Shown here: positions 39,917-51,877 of the stretch, in pieces
Position numbering within the stretch: position 1 is the stretch's first letter
Layout: every line of letters begins with the position of its first letter
DNA from: Actinomycetota bacterium
GTDB lineage: Bacteria > Actinomycetota > Actinomycetes > Nanopelagicales > Nanopelagicaceae
Reading direction: 5' to 3'
NCBI GenBank assembly: GCA_026393075.1
Contig: JAPLAW010000025.1
Span: 12,929-76,928, forward strand
Length of the DNA stretch: 64,000 bases
Translations under genes and position numbers: made by a program
Notes under the pieces: generated by a model
The model's database searches: none
What the model saw: only the letters and a program-made list of their open reading frames with translations
What the model was told of the DNA's origin: nothing

Positions 39917-40795
39917 TCAGTTAACTGCAGCAAAAACTGCAATCGGAAGTGCTTTACCCTCCTTGTTCTGTAATAAGGCTAAAACTTCATCAGCTGGCGA
40001 AATCGCAGCTGTAATATCTTCGCTGGTATTTGCTACGAGTGCGCGCCCAAAGGAAAGTTCAGTTGCCTCATCTACGCTAACTGTGCGAACCGCAAACGTT
40101 GCTCGTGCTACATCGGCCATTGAAAGCGGTGTGAAATCTTGCGCCTTAAGGCCAGCAATTGAGACTGTGCGATCAAGCCCAAAGCCGGCAACTCGGGTGC
40201 GACGTAACTTGTTTAGGTGTCCCCCGACACCAAGGGCAGCGCCACAATCGCGAGCAATTGCGCGAATAAATGTGCCAGCTGAACAAGTGACATCAATATC
40301 TACTTCGACCCGATCACCAACGCGTCGGATTTCTAGAATTTCTAAATTAGAAATTGTGACTTCGCGCGCCGGTAACTCAAAAACTTCACCAGCACGAACT
40401 CGGGCATGTGCTCGCTCGCCATCAACTTTAACGGCAGAGACTGAACTTGGGCGCTGTGCAATCATGCCGCGCATCTTGGCTAATTCACTTTCAATTGCCG
40501 CATCTGTTACAGCTGAAACATCAGCAGTTGAAGTTATTTCGCCTTCATGATCATCAGTAATAGTTGCGGCTCCCAGAACCACCGTTGCCAGATATGACTT
40601 ATCGCCATTAGTTACATATTGCAGTAACCGAGTGCCATTGCCGAAGCCTAAAACAAGAACGCCAGTTGCCATCGGATCAAGAGTTCCGGCATGGCCAACT
40701 TTGCGAGTATTAAGTGCGCGCCGACCCATTGCCACAACATCATGGCTAGTCATCGCCGGATCTTTATCGATTACTAAAAATCCGTGCGCAATCAC
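39917..40795 (-). CDS. truB: tRNA pseudouridine(55) synthase
   Basis: 292 aa with the catalytic motif GHAGTLDP. Confidence 0.92.
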   Translation of the reverse strand: MIAHGFLVIDKDPAMTSHDVVAMGRRALNTRKVGHAGTLDPMATGVLVLGFGNGTRLLQYVTNGDKSYLATVVLGAATITDDHEGEITSTADVSAVTDAAIESELAKMRGMIAQRPSSVSAVKVDGERAHARVRAGEVFELPAREVTISNLEILEIRRVGDRVEVDIDVTCSAGTFIRAIARDCGAALGVGGHLNKLRRTRVAGFGLDRTVSIAGLKAQDFTPLSMADVARATFAVRTVSVDEATELSFGRALVANTSEDITAAISPADEVLALLQNKEGKALPIAVFAAVN

Positions 40796-41250
40796 AACTC
40801 TTCTGCTTCAAATTTAGGTTTATCGGCAATGATTTTTGGTTGCTTATACGCATCTTCGCCAGCTGCATAAGTTGCTTGTGCTCGTAGCACGGCAACCTGG
40901 GCATCTTGCGCACGCACTTTATCGAGCAATGAATCCATTTCGAGTGCGCTTTCCGGCAGGCTATCTAAGTGAAACTCTAAGCTCGGAGTAATACGGGTTT
41001 GTAGTTCATGCCCGACAGCTGAGCGAATCATTCCTTTAGCGCTCTCTAGCGCCGCAGCCGTAGCTGCGCGTTGATCTTCATCGCCAAGCACGGTGTAGAA
41101 AACCGAGGCGTTTTGTAGATCGCCAGTCACCCGCGCATCAGTGATTGTGACGAAACCTAACCGAGGATCTTTAACCTTGGATTCAAGTAACTGTGCCACA
41201 ACCACTTTGATGCGATCGGCTACTTTTTGACTGCGATGTGATTGGCCCAT
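40792..41250 (-). CDS. rbfA: ribosome-binding factor A
   Basis: 152 aa with an RbfA KH-like core (DPRLGFVTITDARVTGDL) and a C-terminal extension. Confidence 0.9.
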   Translation of the reverse strand: MGQSHRSQKVADRIKVVVAQLLESKVKDPRLGFVTITDARVTGDLQNASVFYTVLGDEDQRAATAAALESAKGMIRSAVGHELQTRITPSLEFHLDSLPESALEMDSLLDKVRAQDAQVAVLRAQATYAAGEDAYKQPKIIADKPKFEAEEL

Positions 41251-41252
41251 AA

Positions 41253-43958
41253 TTATGCGCGCTTCTTCTCGCGCATCTCAAAGACCTGAATCATGTCGCC
41301 AACTGCAATTTCCTTCATATTGCCAAGTCCGATACCGCACTCGAAGCCTTCCTTAACTTCGGTTGCATCGTCCTTAAAGCGCTTCAAGGAATCAATAGTT
41401 AGGTCATCGACTAGAACTTCTCCGTCACGCAAAATACGTGCCTTTGCGTTACGACGGATGGAGCCATCCTTAACGATTGAACCAGCGATATTTCCAGCCT
41501 TTGAAGACTTGAAGATTTCGCGAACTTCAGCGTTGCCAAGAATGATCTCTTCGTACTCTGGCTTTAACAAGCCCTTGAGTGAAAGTTCGATCTCTTCAAT
41601 TGCGTTATAGATAACTGAGTAGAAGCGAACTTCGACGCCTTCTTGATCAGCATAAATAGCGGTTTGTGGTTCTGGCTTAACGTTGAAGCCAATAACCACA
41701 GCAGTAGATGCTGATGCCAAAGTGATGTCGCTCTTGGTGATTGCACCAACGCCACGGTGGATAACGCGTAGATCAACTTCGGCTCCGACATCGAGTTGCA
41801 TAAGTGCATCTTCGAGGGCTTCAACCGAACCACTAACGTCACCCTTAAGAATGAGGTTAAGTGTTGAGATCTTGGATTGCTCCATGAAGTCTTCGAGTGA
41901 AACTTTCTTACGAGCCTTAGCAAGTTGCGCGTTACGTTCTGCTGCTTGACGCTTTTCGGCAATTTGGCGAGCAGTACGGTCTTCATCTGCAACTAAGAAG
42001 GTATCGCCGGCACTTGGTACCGATGTGAAACCAAGAACCTGTACTGGACGCGATGGGCCAGCTTCAGTTACTGCGTTTCCATCTTCATCAAGCATTGCAC
42101 GAACGCGACCGAATGATCCACCAGCGACAATTGCATCACCAATCTTCAAAGTTCCTCGTTGAATTAATACCGTGGCAACTGGGCCGCGACCACGATCGAG
42201 GTGCGCTTCAATCGCAACACCACGAGCATCATCTTTAGCTATTGCGCGCAAATCAATTGCAGCATCGGCTGTTAGCAAGATTGATTCGATCAGTTGATCG
42301 ATTCCGAGTCCACCCTTAGCTGAAACATCTACGAATATGGTGTCTCCGCCGTATTCTTCAGCGATCAAGTTGTACTCAGTTAACTGCTGGCGGACCTTAT
42401 CTGGGTTTGCGCCTTCTTTATCAATTTTGTTAACTGCAACCACGATTGGTACATCGGCAGCTTGGGCGTGGTTTAACGCTTCAATAGTCTGCGGCATGAT
42501 GCCATCGTCAGCTGCAACTACTAGAACCGCAATGTCAGTTACTTTCGCACCACGTGCACGCATAGCGGTGAACGCTTCGTGACCTGGGGTATCGATGAAA
42601 GTGATTGCGCGATTGATTCCATCGTGATCATGATGAATTTGGTATGCACCAATGTGCTGCGTAATTCCGCCGGCTTCAGTCTTTAGAACTTCAGACTTGC
42701 GAATCGCATCAAGCAAACTGGTCTTACCGTGATCAACGTGTCCCATAACAGTTACCACTGGTGGACGCGCAACAAGTAGATCGGCATCGAGATCAGCAAG
42801 TTCGGCACCTAAATCAATATCAAAACCTTGTAGCAATTCGCGATCTTCATCTTCGGGGCTAACAATTTGAATGTCATATCCAAGTTGTGCACCAAGAATT
42901 TCAAAAGTATCAGCATCTACTGATTGAGTTGCAGTAACCATCTCACCCAAGTGGAATAGCGCTGCTACTAACGCTGCTGGATCCGCACCAATTTTGTCGG
43001 CAAAGTCCGCCAAAGATGAACCGCGACGCATGCGCACTGCAGTTGAACCATCACCGTGCGGAACAACTGCGCCGCCAAGTTTTGGTGCTTGCATATTGTC
43101 GAATTCATCGCGCAGCGCTTTGCGACTCTTTGGCTTTCGCTTAGAACTCTTGCTTGCATTTTTTCCGAATGCACCACCGGCGCCGCCGCGTTGTGGTGGA
43201 CGACCGCCACCTGGACGCGCTGGACCACCAGCTGCTGGTGCACCAACTCCAGATGGACCGTTAGAACGATATGGACCGGCAGATGTTGAACCACCAGTGC
43301 CACCAGTACGTGGTGGGAAGTTTCCAGTACCAGCACCTGCCGGGCGTGGTGAATTTGGACGTGCTGCAAAACCTGGGCGAACTGAACCTGGACGCGGACC
43401 TGACATGCCATTTCGCGGCGCACCAGTTGCACCAGCTGGTCGTGCAGGTGGCCGCGGACCTGCGCCACCAGTTGAGAATGGATTATTTCCAGGGCGCGGT
43501 GGACGTGGAACTGCGCCACCAGTTGAAAATGGATTATTGCCAGGACGCGGCGCTGGAGTTGCGGGCTTTGGCGCTGCTGGAGTTTCAGCAACGGGAGCAA
43601 CTGAATCTGTTTCGTGTGCTGCTGGTCGCTCAATATTGCTTTCGGCAATCGCGCGCTCTTGCGCAGCCTTAAGTGCAGCTAAATCGACACCTAGTTCGGC
43701 GGCTAATTCAGCAGCTAACTCTGGATTTGCTTCGCCCTTTTTGGCAGCTGTCTTTTTTGCAGCAGCTTTCTTAACTGGCTTGGCTTCTTCTTTTGGTTTG
43801 GCATCTGGATACAACGCAACCAGCTTGCGCACTACCGGCGCTTCAACTGTTGATGATGCAGATCGGACGAACTCGCCCAATTCTTGGAGCTTTGCAAGTA
43901 CTTCCTTGCTCTCCATGCCTAACTGTTTTGCTAATTCGTGTACGCGGACCTTTGCCAC
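41253..43958 (-). CDS. infB: translation initiation factor IF-2
   Basis: 901 aa with a Pro/Gly/Ala-rich N-terminal region and a G domain ([17 protein letters not shown]). Confidence 0.96.
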   Translation of the reverse strand: MAKVRVHELAKQLGMESKEVLAKLQELGEFVRSASSTVEAPVVRKLVALYPDAKPKEEAKPVKKAAAKKTAAKKGEANPELAAELAAELGVDLAALKAAQERAIAESNIERPAAHETDSVAPVAETPAAPKPATPAPRPGNNPFSTGGAVPRPPRPGNNPFSTGGAGPRPPARPAGATGAPRNGMSGPRPGSVRPGFAARPNSPRPAGAGTGNFPPRTGGTGGSTSAGPYRSNGPSGVGAPAAGGPARPGGGRPPQRGGAGGAFGKNASKSSKRKPKSRKALRDEFDNMQAPKLGGAVVPHGDGSTAVRMRRGSSLADFADKIGADPAALVAALFHLGEMVTATQSVDADTFEILGAQLGYDIQIVSPEDEDRELLQGFDIDLGAELADLDADLLVARPPVVTVMGHVDHGKTSLLDAIRKSEVLKTEAGGITQHIGAYQIHHDHDGINRAITFIDTPGHEAFTAMRARGAKVTDIAVLVVAADDGIMPQTIEALNHAQAADVPIVVAVNKIDKEGANPDKVRQQLTEYNLIAEEYGGDTIFVDVSAKGGLGIDQLIESILLTADAAIDLRAIAKDDARGVAIEAHLDRGRGPVATVLIQRGTLKIGDAIVAGGSFGRVRAMLDEDGNAVTEAGPSRPVQVLGFTSVPSAGDTFLVADEDRTARQIAEKRQAAERNAQLAKARKKVSLEDFMEQSKISTLNLILKGDVSGSVEALEDALMQLDVGAEVDLRVIHRGVGAITKSDITLASASTAVVIGFNVKPEPQTAIYADQEGVEVRFYSVIYNAIEEIELSLKGLLKPEYEEIILGNAEVREIFKSSKAGNIAGSIVKDGSIRRNAKARILRDGEVLVDDLTIDSLKRFKDDATEVKEGFECGIGLGNMKEIAVGDMIQVFEMREKKRA
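43460..43550 (-). repeat. tandem 51-nt (17-aa) duplication in the IF-2 N-terminal region
   Basis: There are two copies of [13 protein letters not shown](V/G)PRP. The 40-nt cores at 43460 and 43511 differ at 3 positions. Confidence 0.85.
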
Positions 43959-44031
43959 AGTTCTCCTGTCTTGGCCCGCGCGCCTGATGCGATGCGAGCC
44001 TTAGTTGTACGACCTCATAATTCTGACGAGC

Positions 44032-44301
44032 TCATTTAAGTTTCATATCTTTCGCATCCATTTCGGTAAGTATTTCTTTTTGTAAATCTGTTACATCTGG
44101 CATAGAACTTAATCGAAAGGCCCACTTAAAGGCTTGTCGATCAATTGCCATTTTTAAACATTTGTGATGAACCCATGCGCCTCGCCCGGGGGCAATTTGC
44201 GGCTGATCGAAAATTACTTTTCCATCAACTAGGACCATTCGCAACAAAATCGAAGGTGAACCGGTCTTGCGACAACCGATACAACTCCGAATCGGATTCA
44301 T
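44032..44301 (-). CDS. ylxR: YlxR / DUF448 RNA-binding protein
   Basis: 89 aa containing RSCIGCRK...GRGAWVH. It sits in the conserved slot between nusA and infB. Confidence 0.85.
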   Translation of the reverse strand: MNPIRSCIGCRKTGSPSILLRMVLVDGKVIFDQPQIAPGRGAWVHHKCLKMAIDRQAFKWAFRLSSMPDVTDLQKEILTEMDAKDMKLK

Positions 44302-44352
44302 ATCAATAGTCTCAATCTCTAGTGCCGTTCGAGCTTGATTACTGGGGTCAGT

Positions 44353-45321
44353 CTACACGGGATTATCTGGATGAATATCTATGCGCCAGCCCGTTAAACG
44401 TGCGGCCAAACGGGCATTTTGCCCATCTTTGCCGATCGCAAGTGAGAGTTGGTAATCAGGCACAACCACCCTGGCTGAGCGAGTGAATTCATCCACTACT
44501 TGAACGCTACTGACCTTAGCTGGGGCTAGTGCATTTGCCACGAAAGTTGCTGGGTCTTCAGACCAATCGACGATATCGATTTTCTCGCCATTTAATTCAT
44601 TCATAACTGCTTGTGAACGTGAACCCATTGGGCCAATTAGCGAACCTTTAGGACTAACACCAGCGCGATGTGAACGAACTGCAATCTTGGTGCGATGACC
44701 AGCTTCGCGAGCAACTGCCATGATCTCAACAATGCGATCAGTAATTTCTGGAACTTCGAGAGCAAATAGTTGTTTAACTAGTGCTGGGTGAGATCGCGAC
44801 AACATAATCTCGGGACCTTTTAACCCTTGCTTTACTTCAACTACGAAACATTTGATGCGATCACCGTGGACATAAACTTCACCCGGTACTTGCTCTTGTG
44901 GTGGAACTCGCCCTTCAACGCGACCTAAATTTACGTGAATCATCTTTGGATCGCGACCTTGTTGCACGATGCCAGAAACCACATCGCCAACTGAAGCACT
45001 GAATTCGCCCACGATCTCGGCATCATTTGTTTCGCGCATCTTTAAACGAATTACTTTGCGAATAGTTGCCATCGCGACTTTATCAAAGCCTTCGGGCTCG
45101 TGAATTTCTTCGCTTTCTCGTACGCCTTCTTCATTAAAAGTTGGCACCCAAATGTGAATCTCACCTGTTTCGCGATCAACGCGAACGCGAGCATGTGGTT
45201 TAGCTTCAGGTAGTTCGCGATAAAGCGAGATAACTTCTTGCTCGATTCCTTCGATGATGCTTAGCACCGGAATCGACTTTTCAGTAGTAAGCGTGATTAA
45301 CGCTTCAAAATCAACATTCAT
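44353..45321 (-). CDS. nusA: transcription termination/antitermination factor NusA (no AR repeats)
   Basis: 322 aa with NTD, S1, KH1 and KH2 domains. Confidence 0.94.
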   Translation of the reverse strand: MNVDFEALITLTTEKSIPVLSIIEGIEQEVISLYRELPEAKPHARVRVDRETGEIHIWVPTFNEEGVRESEEIHEPEGFDKVAMATIRKVIRLKMRETNDAEIVGEFSASVGDVVSGIVQQGRDPKMIHVNLGRVEGRVPPQEQVPGEVYVHGDRIKCFVVEVKQGLKGPEIMLSRSHPALVKQLFALEVPEITDRIVEIMAVAREAGHRTKIAVRSHRAGVSPKGSLIGPMGSRSQAVMNELNGEKIDIVDWSEDPATFVANALAPAKVSSVQVVDEFTRSARVVVPDYQLSLAIGKDGQNARLAARLTGWRIDIHPDNPV

Positions 45322-45785
45322 TCCTTGTCTGCTTTGCGATTAAATTCAATTTCAACAGTTGCACGCTTAATGTCAGCGAAGGCAACAACTACAGCTTTTT
45401 CTTTCTTGCCAGTTACGGTTACCGAGACTTCATCACTAGCTGCGATACGACCTTCGACAACTTCGCTGTTCGCTAAAACGATTTTGATCAGACGGTCATG
45501 ATTCTTGCGCCAGTGACGCGGCAAAGTAAGTGGGCGCTCGACACCAGGTGAAGATACTTCGAGCGTGAATGCGGTTTCATCAAGAAATGTGGCTGTATCG
45601 AGCAGCGCTGAGATTGCTTTGGTAACAACAGTTACTTGATCAAGATTTAATGGAATATCGCCATCGACAATGCAGGTAATAACTCTGGATCTGCCGGCAT
45701 TTAATATTTCAACATCTTCTAGATAGAAACCGGCCCCTACGACTGCTGGTGTTACTAATTCGCTAATCTGTTCTTTCAGGGCCAT
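45318..45785 (-). CDS. rimP: ribosome maturation factor RimP
   Basis: 155 aa. It overlaps nusA by 4 nt and contains the block LEVSSPGVERPL. Confidence 0.88.
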   Translation of the reverse strand: MALKEQISELVTPAVVGAGFYLEDVEILNAGRSRVITCIVDGDIPLNLDQVTVVTKAISALLDTATFLDETAFTLEVSSPGVERPLTLPRHWRKNHDRLIKIVLANSEVVEGRIAASDEVSVTVTGKKEKAVVVAFADIKRATVEIEFNRKADKE

Positions 45786-45844
45786 TTAAAGTTCCTAACT
45801 ATTAAATTGTTAATTAAGTTGTGATGCTAACTCTAACCTATGAA

Positions 45845-46624
45845 TTAGAAGCTTTTGAACGTATCGAGTGCGACCTTAATTATCAGGGCAACCGTTACTA
45901 CTAAGAAAACTTTTCGCACTAGCGTTGAACCACCGCGAATCGCTAGCTTGGCGCCAATAATTGCACCTGCCACATTGGCAATAGCCAGGGTCAAACCGAT
46001 CTGCCACAAGATCACCCCATTTAAACCAAAAACAATAATTGCGCCTAAGTTGGTCGAGACATTTACTACCTTTGCGATGGCGGAGGCACTTAAGAAGGCA
46101 AAGCCCAGCCCAACCATTGCTAACACTAAGAAGGAACCAGTGCCTGGCCCAAATATGCCATCGTAGAAACCAATGACGGCGGCGATTGAGATACCTAATA
46201 AAGTGCGGTGCTTTGTCGAATGTTTCATCGCTTCAACTTGGCCCAGCTCTGGCTTAGTAAAGGTATAGATCGCAACTGCAATAAGAAGTACCAAGACAAC
46301 TGGTCGGAAATATTCGGTCGGTAAACGGGATGCAAGGGAGGCTCCCCCGATTGAGCCGAGTAGCGCCGGAATAACTAGTGCTAGTAAGAACTTAGGATCA
46401 CTCTTAACGCTCTTGCGATAAAGCCGAGCGGACGCCGTTGTGCCAAAAATCGAGATTGATTTATTGGTACCCAAAACTTCAACAGTTTTGAAATCACTTA
46501 GCCCAATTAACAGCGCAGGTAATTGGATTAATCCGCCGCCGCCAGCAATGGCATCAATTAAGCCCGCTCCAAACGCTGCGATAAAGAGAAAGAGCAGTGT
46601 GTAGAGCGACAGATCGGAAAGCAT
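45845..46624 (-). CDS. TauE/SafE-family (sulfite/anion exporter-like) membrane protein
   Basis: 259 aa with about 8 TM segments and Gly-rich helices (AIAGGGGLIQLPALL). Confidence 0.75.
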   Translation of the reverse strand: MLSDLSLYTLLFLFIAAFGAGLIDAIAGGGGLIQLPALLIGLSDFKTVEVLGTNKSISIFGTTASARLYRKSVKSDPKFLLALVIPALLGSIGGASLASRLPTEYFRPVVLVLLIAVAIYTFTKPELGQVEAMKHSTKHRTLLGISIAAVIGFYDGIFGPGTGSFLVLAMVGLGFAFLSASAIAKVVNVSTNLGAIIVFGLNGVILWQIGLTLAIANVAGAIIGAKLAIRGGSTLVRKVFLVVTVALIIKVALDTFKSF

Positions 46625-46627
46625 TAA

Positions 46628-48361
46628 TTACTTAATTGCAGCCAATAGCGCAGTGATTGCGTTGACCGCTTCGCCAACTGCAACTTCTGACTTCTCGCCA
46701 CTCTTGCGAACTCGTACTTCGACGTTGCCATTTGCTAGCGCCTTACCCACAACAACAATGATTGGGTTACCAATTAACTCGGCATCTTTAAACTTAACGC
46801 CCGCACTTGGATCACGACGATCATCAAGCATTACCGTAATTCCAATTGCTTCTAACTTGTTTCCTAGATCAAGGGCAGCATCGAAAATTGCATCCTCTTT
46901 ACCCGTTGCCACAATATGTACTTTGGCTGGCGCTAAATCAACTGGCCAATTAAGACCGATTTCATCGTGAGTTTGTTCCGCAATGGCAGCTACTGCGCGT
47001 GAAACGCCAATGCCATAAGAACCCATAGTGACAATCTGTGATTTTCCATTTTGATCAAGCACTGTCAGGTTTAAGCTTTCCGCATATTTGCGACCAAGTT
47101 GGAAGATATGGCCGATCTCAATGGCGCGATCAATTACGACAGGTGTTTCGCACTCTGGGCAAGCATCACCGGCACGAACTTCGGCAGCTTCAACATAAGA
47201 ATCTGGTGTGAAATCGCGACCATTAACCACGTTACGAGCATGACGATCTTTTTGATTCGCACCAGTTACCCATGATGTGCCTGGCGCAATTCGAGGGTCG
47301 GCATAAACCGTAATGCCAGATTTCTTGGCATCTTGTGGCCCGATGTAACCCTTAACTAGCGCTGGGAACTTAGCGAAATCAGCATCTTCAAATACGCGCA
47401 GTTCGTGAATGCCACCAATATTTTCTTGGAAGCGCTTTAAATCCACTTCACGATCACCCGGTACTAAGACACAAATAGCTTTGTTATCTGCCATCAGCAT
47501 TACATTCTTTAGCGTATGAGCACCGGTGAATCCCCCGCCGAATTTATTGTTAAGAAGTTCGACCAAAGTATCGATGGTTGGCGTATTTGGTGAATCAAAA
47601 GCTTCGGCAGCTGGTGTCGCTGACGAATCAACTGCAGCCACCTTAGTAACCATAGCTTCAACGTTTGCAGCAAAGCCACACTTAGGGCAGAGCACATAAG
47701 TATCTTCACCAGTTGAACATGGGGCTAAGAATTCTTCGGACTTAGAGCCACCCATTGCGCCAGAGACAGCCTTAACAATGTTGTACTGCATACCTAAACG
47801 ATCAAAAGTCTTTACATAAGCTTGGCGGTGGTTTTGATAGGAAACTTCGAGGCCAGCATCGTCAATATCGAAAGAGTAAGAATCTTTCATGACGAATTCG
47901 CGACCACGGATGATTCCGCTGCGTGGTCGGGCTTCATCGCGAAACTTAGTTTGAATCTGATAAATACTTAGTGGCAAATCTTTATATGATGAATATTCGC
48001 CCTTCACCATCAAGGTAAACATTTCTTCGTGCGTTGGGCCTAGTAAGTAATCGCCACCTCTACGATCTTGCAAGCGAAATAGCGCTGGGCCATATTCTTC
48101 CCAGCGATTCGTCGCCTCATATGCATCGCGCGGCAACAGTGAAGGAAAATTAACTTCTTGAAAGCCAGCGGCATCCATCTCTTCGCGAATCACTCGCTCA
48201 ATATTGCGCAGTGTAATTACGCCAAGTGGTAACCAAGAATAAATTCCAGCGGCAATACGGCGCACATAACCAGCACGAACCAATAGTTTGTGGCTAGCTA
48301 CTTCAGCATCCGCTGGATCATCACGAAGGGTGCGTAGAAAAAGCGTCGACATCTTTAGCAT
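46628..48361 (-). CDS. proS: proline--tRNA ligase (bacterial type with INS editing domain)
   Basis: 577 aa with class II motifs and a central editing insertion. Confidence 0.94.
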   Translation of the reverse strand: MLKMSTLFLRTLRDDPADAEVASHKLLVRAGYVRRIAAGIYSWLPLGVITLRNIERVIREEMDAAGFQEVNFPSLLPRDAYEATNRWEEYGPALFRLQDRRGGDYLLGPTHEEMFTLMVKGEYSSYKDLPLSIYQIQTKFRDEARPRSGIIRGREFVMKDSYSFDIDDAGLEVSYQNHRQAYVKTFDRLGMQYNIVKAVSGAMGGSKSEEFLAPCSTGEDTYVLCPKCGFAANVEAMVTKVAAVDSSATPAAEAFDSPNTPTIDTLVELLNNKFGGGFTGAHTLKNVMLMADNKAICVLVPGDREVDLKRFQENIGGIHELRVFEDADFAKFPALVKGYIGPQDAKKSGITVYADPRIAPGTSWVTGANQKDRHARNVVNGRDFTPDSYVEAAEVRAGDACPECETPVVIDRAIEIGHIFQLGRKYAESLNLTVLDQNGKSQIVTMGSYGIGVSRAVAAIAEQTHDEIGLNWPVDLAPAKVHIVATGKEDAIFDAALDLGNKLEAIGITVMLDDRRDPSAGVKFKDAELIGNPIIVVVGKALANGNVEVRVRKSGEKSEVAVGEAVNAITALLAAIK

Positions 48362-49512
48362 CAGGAAGTGCTCACAACTGGCTCGCCCGATGCAACGCCG
48401 GCAGCCTCCATCTCTTCAGCTAAACGCATTGCTTCTTCAATTAGCGTTTGCACAATCATTGATTCAGGTACGGTCTTGATTACTTCACCCTTAACAAAGA
48501 TCTGGCCTTTGCCATTTCCGGATGCAACACCAAGATCTGCTTCGCGCGCTTCGCCCGGGCCATTTACTACGCAACCCATAACTGCAACGCGAAGTGGCAC
48601 AGTCATTCCTTCGAGGCCAGCCTGTACTTGTTCGGCCAAGGTGTAAACATCTACTTGGGCACGACCACATGATGGGCAAGAAACAATTTCGAGCTTACGT
48701 TGGCGCAAATTTAGCGATTCTAGAATTGAGATACCGACTTTAACTTCTTCAACTGGCGGTGCCGAAAGCGATACGCGAATCGTGTCGCCAATTCCTTCGG
48801 CTAATAAGATTCCAAATGCAGTGGCAGATTTAATAGTGCCCTGGAAAAGTGGCCCTGCTTCAGTCACACCTAAGTGCAGCGGATAAGTAGTTTGTGCTGC
48901 TAGTAAGCGATAGGCCTTAACCATGATTACTGGATCATGATGCTTAACTGAAATTTTAATATCTGAAAATCCGTGCTCTTCAAAAAGTGATGCTTCCCAA
49001 ATCGCTGACTCAACAAGTGCCTCGGGTGTTGCTTTTCCGTACTTGGCTAACAAGCGTGGATCTAACGAACCAGCATTTACGCCGATGCGAATTGGAATTC
49101 CGGCATCGCCCGCGGCCTTAGCAACTTCTTTAACTTTGTCATCGAACTGCTTGATGTTGCCTGGGTTAACGCGAACTGCTGCGCAACCAGCATCGATGGC
49201 GGCGAAAATATATTTTGGCTGAAAGTGAATATCAGCAATCACTGGAATCTGTGACTTCTTGGCAATCTGTGCCAACGCATCGGCATCATCTTGGCTTGGC
49301 ACAGCAACGCGGACAATCTGGCAACCAGAGGCAGTTAATTCGGCGATCTGCTGCAAAGTGGCATTTACATCTGAGGTCAAAGTGGTGCACATTGATTGCA
49401 CGCTGACTGGTGAATCGCTGCCCACCCCAACTTTGCCAACCTGAAGCTGACGGGTTTTGCGGCGTGGGGCTAAAGCGGCAGGAGGTGCAGCAGGAATTCC
49501 AAGATCAACCAT
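48361..49512 (-). CDS. ispG: 4-hydroxy-3-methylbut-2-en-1-yl diphosphate synthase
   Basis: 383 aa with a TIM-barrel domain and a 4Fe-4S domain (SCPSCGR ... GCVVNGPGE). Confidence 0.94.
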   Translation of the reverse strand: MVDLGIPAAPPAALAPRRKTRQLQVGKVGVGSDSPVSVQSMCTTLTSDVNATLQQIAELTASGCQIVRVAVPSQDDADALAQIAKKSQIPVIADIHFQPKYIFAAIDAGCAAVRVNPGNIKQFDDKVKEVAKAAGDAGIPIRIGVNAGSLDPRLLAKYGKATPEALVESAIWEASLFEEHGFSDIKISVKHHDPVIMVKAYRLLAAQTTYPLHLGVTEAGPLFQGTIKSATAFGILLAEGIGDTIRVSLSAPPVEEVKVGISILESLNLRQRKLEIVSCPSCGRAQVDVYTLAEQVQAGLEGMTVPLRVAVMGCVVNGPGEAREADLGVASGNGKGQIFVKGEVIKTVPESMIVQTLIEEAMRLAEEMEAAGVASGEPVVSTS

Positions 49513-49544
49513 GTCGCTATTCTGCCCTAAGTGCGGCTTAACCG

Positions 49545-50732
49545 CTAAAGATTTAGATTTACTGGATTAATAATGTCTGCCACAAGGAGCATGACGGTCA
49601 ATACTGCCAACAGAACAAAGACCACCATGGTTATTGGCGTAAGCACTGCTACATCAATTGGCTTGGGTCTTGGTTTTCCGCGCAAACGAGCCAAAAATGC
49701 TCTGATCTCATCGGCGATTGCGACTGCCATATGACCGCCATCGAGCGGCAAGATCGGCAATAAATTAAATACACCAACAAAGAAATTAAGGCTGGCCACA
49801 ATTAGTAAGAAAGCCCCGATGCGTTCGGTCCACGTCATTTGATCAGAAGCTGTTACTTGGCCAGAAACTGCAGCCACACCAACTATGCCTACGAGCCCGT
49901 CAGCGTCACGTTCTTTGCCTTGGAAAGTTTGACCCCAGAGAGCTGGAATTTTAGCTGGCAACGCAACTAGCGATTTAACACTTGAAACCAAAAACTCTTT
50001 ACTCAGCGATACCGAATCCTTGGTGGCTTTAATCGGATCACTTCGCACATTTGCTACTTCATTAATGATGCCCAGCACACCCCGTACTTCACGATTCACG
50101 ACGCGCTTTACTGGCGTTGCCGTAATAGTGATCTTTTCACCATCACGATAAATCGAAAGCGTTAACTCTTTGCCGGCGGAGTCACGGATTAGCTGAACAT
50201 CATCAACCCAATTCTCAACTGGTTTGTTATTAATCGCCATAATGTAATCGCCCGGCTTTATTCCGGCTGCCTTTGCTGGCGATGGAATTGATGCGCTGGT
50301 ACATGCTTCAGTACTAACTGGAATACAATCTGAAACTTGCGCTACTTGCGGCGTAATGCGATTGGTGCCAATTCCGATGAAAAGAATTAGCAAAATTACG
50401 AAACCTAAAACAAAGTGCAAAAATGAGCCAGCGCCGAGAACGATCAACTTGCGCCCTGATGATGCTTTCACAAAGGCGCGATCTTCTTCGCCTAAGTCCA
50501 TTTCGTCGCGAACGGTCATGCCAGAAATTCGGCAATAACCGCCAGCTGGAATCGCCTTAATACCGAACTCAGTTTCCCCTCGTTGAGTTGACCAAATTCG
50601 CTTGCCGAAACCTAAGAAAAATTCAGTGACTTTCATGCCAAATTTACGAGCTGTTATGTAGTGGCCAAATTCATGCACCATAACCGAGAAGAGCAGGGCC
50701 ACAACAAATGCCAAGATGCCGATAAATTCCAT
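49545..50732 (-). CDS. rseP: site-2 protease, M50 zinc metalloprotease (RseP/Rip1)
   Basis: 395 aa with HEFGH in TM1, a PDZ domain and the C-terminal [12 protein letters not shown] motif. Confidence 0.92.
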   Translation of the reverse strand: MEFIGILAFVVALLFSVMVHEFGHYITARKFGMKVTEFFLGFGKRIWSTQRGETEFGIKAIPAGGYCRISGMTVRDEMDLGEEDRAFVKASSGRKLIVLGAGSFLHFVLGFVILLILFIGIGTNRITPQVAQVSDCIPVSTEACTSASIPSPAKAAGIKPGDYIMAINNKPVENWVDDVQLIRDSAGKELTLSIYRDGEKITITATPVKRVVNREVRGVLGIINEVANVRSDPIKATKDSVSLSKEFLVSSVKSLVALPAKIPALWGQTFQGKERDADGLVGIVGVAAVSGQVTASDQMTWTERIGAFLLIVASLNFFVGVFNLLPILPLDGGHMAVAIADEIRAFLARLRGKPRPKPIDVAVLTPITMVVFVLLAVLTVMLLVADIINPVNLNL

Positions 50733-51874
50733 TACTTCGCCACTTTCTTAATAATCTCGCCCGCTACTTTACGGGCATCATTCTCGATGGCACTGACATC
50801 GGCTAGATCTCTAATTGGATTCACAGCCGAACCTAACGTCTGCACGGCTAAATCAACACTTTCAATGATTGACGTAAAGGAAATCTCACCAGCTAAGAAT
50901 GCAGCTACTGCAACTTCATTTGCCGCATTAAAAATTGCTGGCAATCCCCCGCCCAACTCACCACAACGGCGCGCGAGTTCAATTACCGGGAATCGCTCGT
51001 TATCAATTGGTTCAAACTCGAGAGTGTGCTGCTTTGACCAATCCATTGCTTTGGTTGCACTTGGTAATCGCACTGGCCAATTAATGGCGTAGGCGATTGG
51101 GCCTTTCATATTCGGCGGGCTTAGTTGAGCCAAAGTTGAAGCATCAACATATTCGACCATTGAATGCACGATTGATTGCGGATGAATCACTGCTTCGATT
51201 TGGCGATATGGCATATCAAATAAGTAATGCGCTTCAATAATTTCAAGTGACTTATTCATTAGCGTGGCTGAATTAATTGTTACTACTTGCCCCATGGCCC
51301 AAGTTGGATGAGCAAGCGCGTCGGCAATTGTGACCTCGCTTAAATCACGACGATTTCTAAATGGCCCACCACTGGCAGTTAAAACTAACTTAGCGATTTC
51401 GGACTTCTTACCCGCCATGGCGCTCTGCCAAATCGCACTGTGTTCAGAATCAACTGGAATTAATTGGTTTTCTGCAGCTTTTGACATTACTAATTCACCA
51501 GCGGCAACGAGTGATTCCTTATTTGCAAGCGCTAATTTATTTCCAACTTCGAGCGCTGCCAGCGTTGGCCCTAAGCCAATCGAACCGGTAATGCCATTTA
51601 GCACTACTTCGCAAGTTATTGCGGCAATTTCACTGGCTGCATTGGGACCATCAATTACCGTTACGCCAGGCAACGCTTCGCGAATTTTCTCAGCGCCTTT
51701 TACTACGCCAATTACTTGCACTTTAAAGGTGCGGGCTTGCTCAATAATTGCCGCTGGATTACTGCCGTATGCACTGATTGCTACAACGTTGAAAACACCT
51801 GGGTTTGCCGCAACTATTTCAAGTGCCTGCACACCAATCGACCCGGTTGAACCGAGAATTACTAAATCGCGCAT
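50732..51874 (-). CDS. dxr: 1-deoxy-D-xylulose 5-phosphate reductoisomerase
   Basis: 380 aa with the N-terminal GSTGSIG motif and the NKES / DSEHSA blocks. Confidence 0.95.
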   Translation of the reverse strand: MRDLVILGSTGSIGVQALEIVAANPGVFNVVAISAYGSNPAAIIEQARTFKVQVIGVVKGAEKIREALPGVTVIDGPNAASEIAAITCEVVLNGITGSIGLGPTLAALEVGNKLALANKESLVAAGELVMSKAAENQLIPVDSEHSAIWQSAMAGKKSEIAKLVLTASGGPFRNRRDLSEVTIADALAHPTWAMGQVVTINSATLMNKSLEIIEAHYLFDMPYRQIEAVIHPQSIVHSMVEYVDASTLAQLSPPNMKGPIAYAINWPVRLPSATKAMDWSKQHTLEFEPIDNERFPVIELARRCGELGGGLPAIFNAANEVAVAAFLAGEISFTSIIESVDLAVQTLGSAVNPIRDLADVSAIENDARKVAGEIIKKVAK

Positions 51875-51877
51875 TTA

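Noticed and set aside
39804-40550. 248-aa plus-strand ORF (Ser/Arg/Ala-rich)
   Set aside because: It is antisense to truB and the ribF 5' end, which have unambiguous family motifs. Its composition is typical of a shadow ORF.
42994-44004. 336-aa plus-strand ORF (Pro/Gly/Ala/Arg-rich)
   Set aside because: It is antisense to the GC-rich, low-complexity N-terminal region of infB. It is a typical mirror ORF, with no SD or independent signal.
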